Made by a program: the position numbers and the translations under genes
Source: Giardia intestinalis
Taxonomy: Eukaryota
Strand: one strand, 5' to 3'
Length of the DNA: 64,000 bases
Assembly: GCA_000002435.2 (NCBI GenBank)
Contig: CM018793.1
Part shown: positions 1 through 12,000 of the stretch, piece after piece
How positions within the stretch are numbered: the stretch's first letter is position 1
Layout: each line of letters opens with the position of its first letter
The notes under the pieces: model-generated
Databases searched by the model: none
What the model was told of the DNA's origin: nothing
What the model saw: the letters and a program-made list of their open reading frames with translations, nothing else

Positions 1-3000
1 NNNNNNNNNNNNNNNNNNNNNNNNNNNNNNNNNNNNNNNNNNNNNNNNNNNNNNNNNNNNNNNNNNNNNNNNNNNNNNNNNNNNNNNNNNNNNNNNNNNN
101 NNNNNNNNNNNNNNNNNNNNNNNNNNNNNNNNNNNNNNNNNNNNNNNNNNNNNNNNNNNNNNNNNNNNNNNNNNNNNNNNNNNNNNNNNNNNNNNNNNNN
201 NNNNNNNNNNNNNNNNNNNNNNNNNNNNNNNNNNNNNNNNNNNNNNNNNNNNNNNNNNNNNNNNNNNNNNNNNNNNNNNNNNNNNNNNNNNNNNNNNNNN
301 NNNNNNNNNNNNNNNNNNNNNNNNNNNNNNNNNNNNNNNNNNNNNNNNNNNNNNNNNNNNNNNNNNNNNNNNNNNNNNNNNNNNNNNNNNNNNNNNNNNN
401 NNNNNNNNNNNNNNNNNNNNNNNNNNNNNNNNNNNNNNNNNNNNNNNNNNNNNNNNNNNNNNNNNNNNNNNNNNNNNNNNNNNNNNNNNNNNNNNNNNNN
501 NNNNNNNNNNNNNNNNNNNNNNNNNNNNNNNNNNNNNNNNNNNNNNNNNNNNNNNNNNNNNNNNNNNNNNNNNNNNNNNNNNNNNNNNNNNNNNNNNNNN
601 NNNNNNNNNNNNNNNNNNNNNNNNNNNNNNNNNNNNNNNNNNNNNNNNNNNNNNNNNNNNNNNNNNNNNNNNNNNNNNNNNNNNNNNNNNNNNNNNNNNN
701 NNNNNNNNNNNNNNNNNNNNNNNNNNNNNNNNNNNNNNNNNNNNNNNNNNNNNNNNNNNNNNNNNNNNNNNNNNNNNNNNNNNNNNNNNNNNNNNNNNNN
801 NNNNNNNNNNNNNNNNNNNNNNNNNNNNNNNNNNNNNNNNNNNNNNNNNNNNNNNNNNNNNNNNNNNNNNNNNNNNNNNNNNNNNNNNNNNNNNNNNNNN
901 NNNNNNNNNNNNNNNNNNNNNNNNNNNNNNNNNNNNNNNNNNNNNNNNNNNNNNNNNNNNNNNNNNNNNNNNNNNNNNNNNNNNNNNNNNNNNNNNNNNN
1001 NNNNNNNNNNNNNNNNNNNNNNNNNNNNNNNNNNNNNNNNNNNNNNNNNNNNNNNNNNNNNNNNNNNNNNNNNNNNNNNNNNNNNNNNNNNNNNNNNNNN
1101 NNNNNNNNNNNNNNNNNNNNNNNNNNNNNNNNNNNNNNNNNNNNNNNNNNNNNNNNNNNNNNNNNNNNNNNNNNNNNNNNNNNNNNNNNNNNNNNNNNNN
1201 NNNNNNNNNNNNNNNNNNNNNNNNNNNNNNNNNNNNNNNNNNNNNNNNNNNNNNNNNNNNNNNNNNNNNNNNNNNNNNNNNNNNNNNNNNNNNNNNNNNN
1301 NNNNNNNNNNNNNNNNNNNNNNNNNNNNNNNNNNNNNNNNNNNNNNNNNNNNNNNNNNNNNNNNNNNNNNNNNNNNNNNNNNNNNNNNNNNNNNNNNNNN
1401 NNNNNNNNNNNNNNNNNNNNNNNNNNNNNNNNNNNNNNNNNNNNNNNNNNNNNNNNNNNNNNNNNNNNNNNNNNNNNNNNNNNNNNNNNNNNNNNNNNNN
1501 NNNNNNNNNNNNNNNNNNNNNNNNNNNNNNNNNNNNNNNNNNNNNNNNNNNNNNNNNNNNNNNNNNNNNNNNNNNNNNNNNNNNNNNNNNNNNNNNNNNN
1601 NNNNNNNNNNNNNNNNNNNNNNNNNNNNNNNNNNNNNNNNNNNNNNNNNNNNNNNNNNNNNNNNNNNNNNNNNNNNNNNNNNNNNNNNNNNNNNNNNNNN
1701 NNNNNNNNNNNNNNNNNNNNNNNNNNNNNNNNNNNNNNNNNNNNNNNNNNNNNNNNNNNNNNNNNNNNNNNNNNNNNNNNNNNNNNNNNNNNNNNNNNNN
1801 NNNNNNNNNNNNNNNNNNNNNNNNNNNNNNNNNNNNNNNNNNNNNNNNNNNNNNNNNNNNNNNNNNNNNNNNNNNNNNNNNNNNNNNNNNNNNNNNNNNN
1901 NNNNNNNNNNNNNNNNNNNNNNNNNNNNNNNNNNNNNNNNNNNNNNNNNNNNNNNNNNNNNNNNNNNNNNNNNNNNNNNNNNNNNNNNNNNNNNNNNNNN
2001 NNNNNNNNNNNNNNNNNNNNNNNNNNNNNNNNNNNNNNNNNNNNNNNNNNNNNNNNNNNNNNNNNNNNNNNNNNNNNNNNNNNNNNNNNNNNNNNNNNNN
2101 NNNNNNNNNNNNNNNNNNNNNNNNNNNNNNNNNNNNNNNNNNNNNNNNNNNNNNNNNNNNNNNNNNNNNNNNNNNNNNNNNNNNNNNNNNNNNNNNNNNN
2201 NNNNNNNNNNNNNNNNNNNNNNNNNNNNNNNNNNNNNNNNNNNNNNNNNNNNNNNNNNNNNNNNNNNNNNNNNNNNNNNNNNNNNNNNNNNNNNNNNNNN
2301 NNNNNNNNNNNNNNNNNNNNNNNNNNNNNNNNNNNNNNNNNNNNNNNNNNNNNNNNNNNNNNNNNNNNNNNNNNNNNNNNNNNNNNNNNNNNNNNNNNNN
2401 NNNNNNNNNNNNNNNNNNNNNNNNNNNNNNNNNNNNNNNNNNNNNNNNNNNNNNNNNNNNNNNNNNNNNNNNNNNNNNNNNNNNNNNNNNNNNNNNNNNN
2501 NNNNNNNNNNNNNNNNNNNNNNNNNNNNNNNNNNNNNNNNNNNNNNNNNNNNNNNNNNNNNNNNNNNNNNNNNNNNNNNNNNNNNNNNNNNNNNNNNNNN
2601 NNNNNNNNNNNNNNNNNNNNNNNNNNNNNNNNNNNNNNNNNNNNNNNNNNNNNNNNNNNNNNNNNNNNNNNNNNNNNNNNNNNNNNNNNNNNNNNNNNNN
2701 NNNNNNNNNNNNNNNNNNNNNNNNNNNNNNNNNNNNNNNNNNNNNNNNNNNNNNNNNNNNNNNNNNNNNNNNNNNNNNNNNNNNNNNNNNNNNNNNNNNN
2801 NNNNNNNNNNNNNNNNNNNNNNNNNNNNNNNNNNNNNNNNNNNNNNNNNNNNNNNNNNNNNNNNNNNNNNNNNNNNNNNNNNNNNNNNNNNNNNNNNNNN
2901 NNNNNNNNNNNNNNNNNNNNNNNNNNNNNNNNNNNNNNNNNNNNNNNNNNNNNNNNNNNNNNNNNNNNNNNNNNNNNNNNNNNNNNNNNNNNNNNNNNNN

Positions 3001-6000
3001 NNNNNNNNNNNNNNNNNNNNNNNNNNNNNNNNNNNNNNNNNNNNNNNNNNNNNNNNNNNNNNNNNNNNNNNNNNNNNNNNNNNNNNNNNNNNNNNNNNNN
3101 NNNNNNNNNNNNNNNNNNNNNNNNNNNNNNNNNNNNNNNNNNNNNNNNNNNNNNNNNNNNNNNNNNNNNNNNNNNNNNNNNNNNNNNNNNNNNNNNNNNN
3201 NNNNNNNNNNNNNNNNNNNNNNNNNNNNNNNNNNNNNNNNNNNNNNNNNNNNNNNNNNNNNNNNNNNNNNNNNNNNNNNNNNNNNNNNNNNNNNNNNNNN
3301 NNNNNNNNNNNNNNNNNNNNNNNNNNNNNNNNNNNNNNNNNNNNNNNNNNNNNNNNNNNNNNNNNNNNNNNNNNNNNNNNNNNNNNNNNNNNNNNNNNNN
3401 NNNNNNNNNNNNNNNNNNNNNNNNNNNNNNNNNNNNNNNNNNNNNNNNNNNNNNNNNNNNNNNNNNNNNNNNNNNNNNNNNNNNNNNNNNNNNNNNNNNN
3501 NNNNNNNNNNNNNNNNNNNNNNNNNNNNNNNNNNNNNNNNNNNNNNNNNNNNNNNNNNNNNNNNNNNNNNNNNNNNNNNNNNNNNNNNNNNNNNNNNNNN
3601 NNNNNNNNNNNNNNNNNNNNNNNNNNNNNNNNNNNNNNNNNNNNNNNNNNNNNNNNNNNNNNNNNNNNNNNNNNNNNNNNNNNNNNNNNNNNNNNNNNNN
3701 NNNNNNNNNNNNNNNNNNNNNNNNNNNNNNNNNNNNNNNNNNNNNNNNNNNNNNNNNNNNNNNNNNNNNNNNNNNNNNNNNNNNNNNNNNNNNNNNNNNN
3801 NNNNNNNNNNNNNNNNNNNNNNNNNNNNNNNNNNNNNNNNNNNNNNNNNNNNNNNNNNNNNNNNNNNNNNNNNNNNNNNNNNNNNNNNNNNNNNNNNNNN
3901 NNNNNNNNNNNNNNNNNNNNNNNNNNNNNNNNNNNNNNNNNNNNNNNNNNNNNNNNNNNNNNNNNNNNNNNNNNNNNNNNNNNNNNNNNNNNNNNNNNNN
4001 NNNNNNNNNNNNNNNNNNNNNNNNNNNNNNNNNNNNNNNNNNNNNNNNNNNNNNNNNNNNNNNNNNNNNNNNNNNNNNNNNNNNNNNNNNNNNNNNNNNN
4101 NNNNNNNNNNNNNNNNNNNNNNNNNNNNNNNNNNNNNNNNNNNNNNNNNNNNNNNNNNNNNNNNNNNNNNNNNNNNNNNNNNNNNNNNNNNNNNNNNNNN
4201 NNNNNNNNNNNNNNNNNNNNNNNNNNNNNNNNNNNNNNNNNNNNNNNNNNNNNNNNNNNNNNNNNNNNNNNNNNNNNNNNNNNNNNNNNNNNNNNNNNNN
4301 NNNNNNNNNNNNNNNNNNNNNNNNNNNNNNNNNNNNNNNNNNNNNNNNNNNNNNNNNNNNNNNNNNNNNNNNNNNNNNNNNNNNNNNNNNNNNNNNNNNN
4401 NNNNNNNNNNNNNNNNNNNNNNNNNNNNNNNNNNNNNNNNNNNNNNNNNNNNNNNNNNNNNNNNNNNNNNNNNNNNNNNNNNNNNNNNNNNNNNNNNNNN
4501 NNNNNNNNNNNNNNNNNNNNNNNNNNNNNNNNNNNNNNNNNNNNNNNNNNNNNNNNNNNNNNNNNNNNNNNNNNNNNNNNNNNNNNNNNNNNNNNNNNNN
4601 NNNNNNNNNNNNNNNNNNNNNNNNNNNNNNNNNNNNNNNNNNNNNNNNNNNNNNNNNNNNNNNNNNNNNNNNNNNNNNNNNNNNNNNNNNNNNNNNNNNN
4701 NNNNNNNNNNNNNNNNNNNNNNNNNNNNNNNNNNNNNNNNNNNNNNNNNNNNNNNNNNNNNNNNNNNNNNNNNNNNNNNNNNNNNNNNNNNNNNNNNNNN
4801 NNNNNNNNNNNNNNNNNNNNNNNNNNNNNNNNNNNNNNNNNNNNNNNNNNNNNNNNNNNNNNNNNNNNNNNNNNNNNNNNNNNNNNNNNNNNNNNNNNNN
4901 NNNNNNNNNNNNNNNNNNNNNNNNNNNNNNNNNNNNNNNNNNNNNNNNNNNNNNNNNNNNNNNNNNNNNNNNNNNNNNNNNNNNNNNNNNNNNNNNNNNN
5001 NNNNNNNNNNNNNNNNNNNNNNNNNNNNNNNNNNNNNNNNNNNNNNNNNNNNNNNNNNNNNNNNNNNNNNNNNNNNNNNNNNNNNNNNNNNNNNNNNNNN
5101 NNNNNNNNNNNNNNNNNNNNNNNNNNNNNNNNNNNNNNNNNNNNNNNNNNNNNNNNNNNNNNNNNNNNNNNNNNNNNNNNNNNNNNNNNNNNNNNNNNNN
5201 NNNNNNNNNNNNNNNNNNNNNNNNNNNNNNNNNNNNNNNNNNNNNNNNNNNNNNNNNNNNNNNNNNNNNNNNNNNNNNNNNNNNNNNNNNNNNNNNNNNN
5301 NNNNNNNNNNNNNNNNNNNNNNNNNNNNNNNNNNNNNNNNNNNNNNNNNNNNNNNNNNNNNNNNNNNNNNNNNNNNNNNNNNNNNNNNNNNNNNNNNNNN
5401 NNNNNNNNNNNNNNNNNNNNNNNNNNNNNNNNNNNNNNNNNNNNNNNNNNNNNNNNNNNNNNNNNNNNNNNNNNNNNNNNNNNNNNNNNNNNNNNNNNNN
5501 NNNNNNNNNNNNNNNNNNNNNNNNNNNNNNNNNNNNNNNNNNNNNNNNNNNNNNNNNNNNNNNNNNNNNNNNNNNNNNNNNNNNNNNNNNNNNNNNNNNN
5601 NNNNNNNNNNNNNNNNNNNNNNNNNNNNNNNNNNNNNNNNNNNNNNNNNNNNNNNNNNNNNNNNNNNNNNNNNNNNNNNNNNNNNNNNNNNNNNNNNNNN
5701 NNNNNNNNNNNNNNNNNNNNNNNNNNNNNNNNNNNNNNNNNNNNNNNNNNNNNNNNNNNNNNNNNNNNNNNNNNNNNNNNNNNNNNNNNNNNNNNNNNNN
5801 NNNNNNNNNNNNNNNNNNNNNNNNNNNNNNNNNNNNNNNNNNNNNNNNNNNNNNNNNNNNNNNNNNNNNNNNNNNNNNNNNNNNNNNNNNNNNNNNNNNN
5901 NNNNNNNNNNNNNNNNNNNNNNNNNNNNNNNNNNNNNNNNNNNNNNNNNNNNNNNNNNNNNNNNNNNNNNNNNNNNNNNNNNNNNNNNNNNNNNNNNNNN

Positions 6001-9000
6001 NNNNNNNNNNNNNNNNNNNNNNNNNNNNNNNNNNNNNNNNNNNNNNNNNNNNNNNNNNNNNNNNNNNNNNNNNNNNNNNNNNNNNNNNNNNNNNNNNNNN
6101 NNNNNNNNNNNNNNNNNNNNNNNNNNNNNNNNNNNNNNNNNNNNNNNNNNNNNNNNNNNNNNNNNNNNNNNNNNNNNNNNNNNNNNNNNNNNNNNNNNNN
6201 NNNNNNNNNNNNNNNNNNNNNNNNNNNNNNNNNNNNNNNNNNNNNNNNNNNNNNNNNNNNNNNNNNNNNNNNNNNNNNNNNNNNNNNNNNNNNNNNNNNN
6301 NNNNNNNNNNNNNNNNNNNNNNNNNNNNNNNNNNNNNNNNNNNNNNNNNNNNNNNNNNNNNNNNNNNNNNNNNNNNNNNNNNNNNNNNNNNNNNNNNNNN
6401 NNNNNNNNNNNNNNNNNNNNNNNNNNNNNNNNNNNNNNNNNNNNNNNNNNNNNNNNNNNNNNNNNNNNNNNNNNNNNNNNNNNNNNNNNNNNNNNNNNNN
6501 NNNNNNNNNNNNNNNNNNNNNNNNNNNNNNNNNNNNNNNNNNNNNNNNNNNNNNNNNNNNNNNNNNNNNNNNNNNNNNNNNNNNNNNNNNNNNNNNNNNN
6601 NNNNNNNNNNNNNNNNNNNNNNNNNNNNNNNNNNNNNNNNNNNNNNNNNNNNNNNNNNNNNNNNNNNNNNNNNNNNNNNNNNNNNNNNNNNNNNNNNNNN
6701 NNNNNNNNNNNNNNNNNNNNNNNNNNNNNNNNNNNNNNNNNNNNNNNNNNNNNNNNNNNNNNNNNNNNNNNNNNNNNNNNNNNNNNNNNNNNNNNNNNNN
6801 NNNNNNNNNNNNNNNNNNNNNNNNNNNNNNNNNNNNNNNNNNNNNNNNNNNNNNNNNNNNNNNNNNNNNNNNNNNNNNNNNNNNNNNNNNNNNNNNNNNN
6901 NNNNNNNNNNNNNNNNNNNNNNNNNNNNNNNNNNNNNNNNNNNNNNNNNNNNNNNNNNNNNNNNNNNNNNNNNNNNNNNNNNNNNNNNNNNNNNNNNNNN
7001 NNNNNNNNNNNNNNNNNNNNNNNNNNNNNNNNNNNNNNNNNNNNNNNNNNNNNNNNNNNNNNNNNNNNNNNNNNNNNNNNNNNNNNNNNNNNNNNNNNNN
7101 NNNNNNNNNNNNNNNNNNNNNNNNNNNNNNNNNNNNNNNNNNNNNNNNNNNNNNNNNNNNNNNNNNNNNNNNNNNNNNNNNNNNNNNNNNNNNNNNNNNN
7201 NNNNNNNNNNNNNNNNNNNNNNNNNNNNNNNNNNNNNNNNNNNNNNNNNNNNNNNNNNNNNNNNNNNNNNNNNNNNNNNNNNNNNNNNNNNNNNNNNNNN
7301 NNNNNNNNNNNNNNNNNNNNNNNNNNNNNNNNNNNNNNNNNNNNNNNNNNNNNNNNNNNNNNNNNNNNNNNNNNNNNNNNNNNNNNNNNNNNNNNNNNNN
7401 NNNNNNNNNNNNNNNNNNNNNNNNNNNNNNNNNNNNNNNNNNNNNNNNNNNNNNNNNNNNNNNNNNNNNNNNNNNNNNNNNNNNNNNNNNNNNNNNNNNN
7501 NNNNNNNNNNNNNNNNNNNNNNNNNNNNNNNNNNNNNNNNNNNNNNNNNNNNNNNNNNNNNNNNNNNNNNNNNNNNNNNNNNNNNNNNNNNNNNNNNNNN
7601 NNNNNNNNNNNNNNNNNNNNNNNNNNNNNNNNNNNNNNNNNNNNNNNNNNNNNNNNNNNNNNNNNNNNNNNNNNNNNNNNNNNNNNNNNNNNNNNNNNNN
7701 NNNNNNNNNNNNNNNNNNNNNNNNNNNNNNNNNNNNNNNNNNNNNNNNNNNNNNNNNNNNNNNNNNNNNNNNNNNNNNNNNNNNNNNNNNNNNNNNNNNN
7801 NNNNNNNNNNNNNNNNNNNNNNNNNNNNNNNNNNNNNNNNNNNNNNNNNNNNNNNNNNNNNNNNNNNNNNNNNNNNNNNNNNNNNNNNNNNNNNNNNNNN
7901 NNNNNNNNNNNNNNNNNNNNNNNNNNNNNNNNNNNNNNNNNNNNNNNNNNNNNNNNNNNNNNNNNNNNNNNNNNNNNNNNNNNNNNNNNNNNNNNNNNNN
8001 NNNNNNNNNNNNNNNNNNNNNNNNNNNNNNNNNNNNNNNNNNNNNNNNNNNNNNNNNNNNNNNNNNNNNNNNNNNNNNNNNNNNNNNNNNNNNNNNNNNN
8101 NNNNNNNNNNNNNNNNNNNNNNNNNNNNNNNNNNNNNNNNNNNNNNNNNNNNNNNNNNNNNNNNNNNNNNNNNNNNNNNNNNNNNNNNNNNNNNNNNNNN
8201 NNNNNNNNNNNNNNNNNNNNNNNNNNNNNNNNNNNNNNNNNNNNNNNNNNNNNNNNNNNNNNNNNNNNNNNNNNNNNNNNNNNNNNNNNNNNNNNNNNNN
8301 NNNNNNNNNNNNNNNNNNNNNNNNNNNNNNNNNNNNNNNNNNNNNNNNNNNNNNNNNNNNNNNNNNNNNNNNNNNNNNNNNNNNNNNNNNNNNNNNNNNN
8401 NNNNNNNNNNNNNNNNNNNNNNNNNNNNNNNNNNNNNNNNNNNNNNNNNNNNNNNNNNNNNNNNNNNNNNNNNNNNNNNNNNNNNNNNNNNNNNNNNNNN
8501 NNNNNNNNNNNNNNNNNNNNNNNNNNNNNNNNNNNNNNNNNNNNNNNNNNNNNNNNNNNNNNNNNNNNNNNNNNNNNNNNNNNNNNNNNNNNNNNNNNNN
8601 NNNNNNNNNNNNNNNNNNNNNNNNNNNNNNNNNNNNNNNNNNNNNNNNNNNNNNNNNNNNNNNNNNNNNNNNNNNNNNNNNNNNNNNNNNNNNNNNNNNN
8701 NNNNNNNNNNNNNNNNNNNNNNNNNNNNNNNNNNNNNNNNNNNNNNNNNNNNNNNNNNNNNNNNNNNNNNNNNNNNNNNNNNNNNNNNNNNNNNNNNNNN
8801 NNNNNNNNNNNNNNNNNNNNNNNNNNNNNNNNNNNNNNNNNNNNNNNNNNNNNNNNNNNNNNNNNNNNNNNNNNNNNNNNNNNNNNNNNNNNNNNNNNNN
8901 NNNNNNNNNNNNNNNNNNNNNNNNNNNNNNNNNNNNNNNNNNNNNNNNNNNNNNNNNNNNNNNNNNNNNNNNNNNNNNNNNNNNNNNNNNNNNNNNNNNN

Positions 9001-12000
9001 NNNNNNNNNNNNNNNNNNNNNNNNNNNNNNNNNNNNNNNNNNNNNNNNNNNNNNNNNNNNNNNNNNNNNNNNNNNNNNNNNNNNNNNNNNNNNNNNNNNN
9101 NNNNNNNNNNNNNNNNNNNNNNNNNNNNNNNNNNNNNNNNNNNNNNNNNNNNNNNNNNNNNNNNNNNNNNNNNNNNNNNNNNNNNNNNNNNNNNNNNNNN
9201 NNNNNNNNNNNNNNNNNNNNNNNNNNNNNNNNNNNNNNNNNNNNNNNNNNNNNNNNNNNNNNNNNNNNNNNNNNNNNNNNNNNNNNNNNNNNNNNNNNNN
9301 NNNNNNNNNNNNNNNNNNNNNNNNNNNNNNNNNNNNNNNNNNNNNNNNNNNNNNNNNNNNNNNNNNNNNNNNNNNNNNNNNNNNNNNNNNNNNNNNNNNN
9401 NNNNNNNNNNNNNNNNNNNNNNNNNNNNNNNNNNNNNNNNNNNNNNNNNNNNNNNNNNNNNNNNNNNNNNNNNNNNNNNNNNNNNNNNNNNNNNNNNNNN
9501 NNNNNNNNNNNNNNNNNNNNNNNNNNNNNNNNNNNNNNNNNNNNNNNNNNNNNNNNNNNNNNNNNNNNNNNNNNNNNNNNNNNNNNNNNNNNNNNNNNNN
9601 NNNNNNNNNNNNNNNNNNNNNNNNNNNNNNNNNNNNNNNNNNNNNNNNNNNNNNNNNNNNNNNNNNNNNNNNNNNNNNNNNNNNNNNNNNNNNNNNNNNN
9701 NNNNNNNNNNNNNNNNNNNNNNNNNNNNNNNNNNNNNNNNNNNNNNNNNNNNNNNNNNNNNNNNNNNNNNNNNNNNNNNNNNNNNNNNNNNNNNNNNNNN
9801 NNNNNNNNNNNNNNNNNNNNNNNNNNNNNNNNNNNNNNNNNNNNNNNNNNNNNNNNNNNNNNNNNNNNNNNNNNNNNNNNNNNNNNNNNNNNNNNNNNNN
9901 NNNNNNNNNNNNNNNNNNNNNNNNNNNNNNNNNNNNNNNNNNNNNNNNNNNNNNNNNNNNNNNNNNNNNNNNNNNNNNNNNNNNNNNNNNNNNNNNNNNN
10001 NNNNNNNNNNNNNNNNNNNNNNNNNNNNNNNNNNNNNNNNNNNNNNNNNNNNNNNNNNNNNNNNNNNNNNNNNNNNNNNNNNNNNNNNNNNNNNNNNNNN
10101 NNNNNNNNNNNNNNNNNNNNNNNNNNNNNNNNNNNNNNNNNNNNNNNNNNNNNNNNNNNNNNNNNNNNNNNNNNNNNNNNNNNNNNNNNNNNNNNNNNNN
10201 NNNNNNNNNNNNNNNNNNNNNNNNNNNNNNNNNNNNNNNNNNNNNNNNNNNNNNNNNNNNNNNNNNNNNNNNNNNNNNNNNNNNNNNNNNNNNNNNNNNN
10301 NNNNNNNNNNNNNNNNNNNNNNNNNNNNNNNNNNNNNNNNNNNNNNNNNNNNNNNNNNNNNNNNNNNNNNNNNNNNNNNNNNNNNNNNNNNNNNNNNNNN
10401 NNNNNNNNNNNNNNNNNNNNNNNNNNNNNNNNNNNNNNNNNNNNNNNNNNNNNNNNNNNNNNNNNNNNNNNNNNNNNNNNNNNNNNNNNNNNNNNNNNNN
10501 NNNNNNNNNNNNNNNNNNNNNNNNNNNNNNNNNNNNNNNNNNNNNNNNNNNNNNNNNNNNNNNNNNNNNNNNNNNNNNNNNNNNNNNNNNNNNNNNNNNN
10601 NNNNNNNNNNNNNNNNNNNNNNNNNNNNNNNNNNNNNNNNNNNNNNNNNNNNNNNNNNNNNNNNNNNNNNNNNNNNNNNNNNNNNNNNNNNNNNNNNNNN
10701 NNNNNNNNNNNNNNNNNNNNNNNNNNNNNNNNNNNNNNNNNNNNNNNNNNNNNNNNNNNNNNNNNNNNNNNNNNNNNNNNNNNNNNNNNNNNNNNNNNNN
10801 NNNNNNNNNNNNNNNNNNNNNNNNNNNNNNNNNNNNNNNNNNNNNNNNNNNNNNNNNNNNNNNNNNNNNNNNNNNNNNNNNNNNNNNNNNNNNNNNNNNN
10901 NNNNNNNNNNNNNNNNNNNNNNNNNNNNNNNNNNNNNNNNNNNNNNNNNNNNNNNNNNNNNNNNNNNNNNNNNNNNNNNNNNNNNNNNNNNNNNNNNNNN
11001 NNNNNNNNNNNNNNNNNNNNNNNNNNNNNNNNNNNNNNNNNNNNNNNNNNNNNNNNNNNNNNNNNNNNNNNNNNNNNNNNNNNNNNNNNNNNNNNNNNNN
11101 NNNNNNNNNNNNNNNNNNNNNNNNNNNNNNNNNNNNNNNNNNNNNNNNNNNNNNNNNNNNNNNNNNNNNNNNNNNNNNNNNNNNNNNNNNNNNNNNNNNN
11201 NNNNNNNNNNNNNNNNNNNNNNNNNNNNNNNNNNNNNNNNNNNNNNNNNNNNNNNNNNNNNNNNNNNNNNNNNNNNNNNNNNNNNNNNNNNNNNNNNNNN
11301 NNNNNNNNNNNNNNNNNNNNNNNNNNNNNNNNNNNNNNNNNNNNNNNNNNNNNNNNNNNNNNNNNNNNNNNNNNNNNNNNNNNNNNNNNNNNNNNNNNNN
11401 NNNNNNNNNNNNNNNNNNNNNNNNNNNNNNNNNNNNNNNNNNNNNNNNNNNNNNNNNNNNNNNNNNNNNNNNNNNNNNNNNNNNNNNNNNNNNNNNNNNN
11501 NNNNNNNNNNNNNNNNNNNNNNNNNNNNNNNNNNNNNNNNNNNNNNNNNNNNNNNNNNNNNNNNNNNNNNNNNNNNNNNNNNNNNNNNNNNNNNNNNNNN
11601 NNNNNNNNNNNNNNNNNNNNNNNNNNNNNNNNNNNNNNNNNNNNNNNNNNNNNNNNNNNNNNNNNNNNNNNNNNNNNNNNNNNNNNNNNNNNNNNNNNNN
11701 NNNNNNNNNNNNNNNNNNNNNNNNNNNNNNNNNNNNNNNNNNNNNNNNNNNNNNNNNNNNNNNNNNNNNNNNNNNNNNNNNNNNNNNNNNNNNNNNNNNN
11801 NNNNNNNNNNNNNNNNNNNNNNNNNNNNNNNNNNNNNNNNNNNNNNNNNNNNNNNNNNNNNNNNNNNNNNNNNNNNNNNNNNNNNNNNNNNNNNNNNNNN
11901 NNNNNNNNNNNNNNNNNNNNNNNNNNNNNNNNNNNNNNNNNNNNNNNNNNNNNNNNNNNNNNNNNNNNNNNNNNNNNNNNNNNNNNNNNNNNNNNNNNNN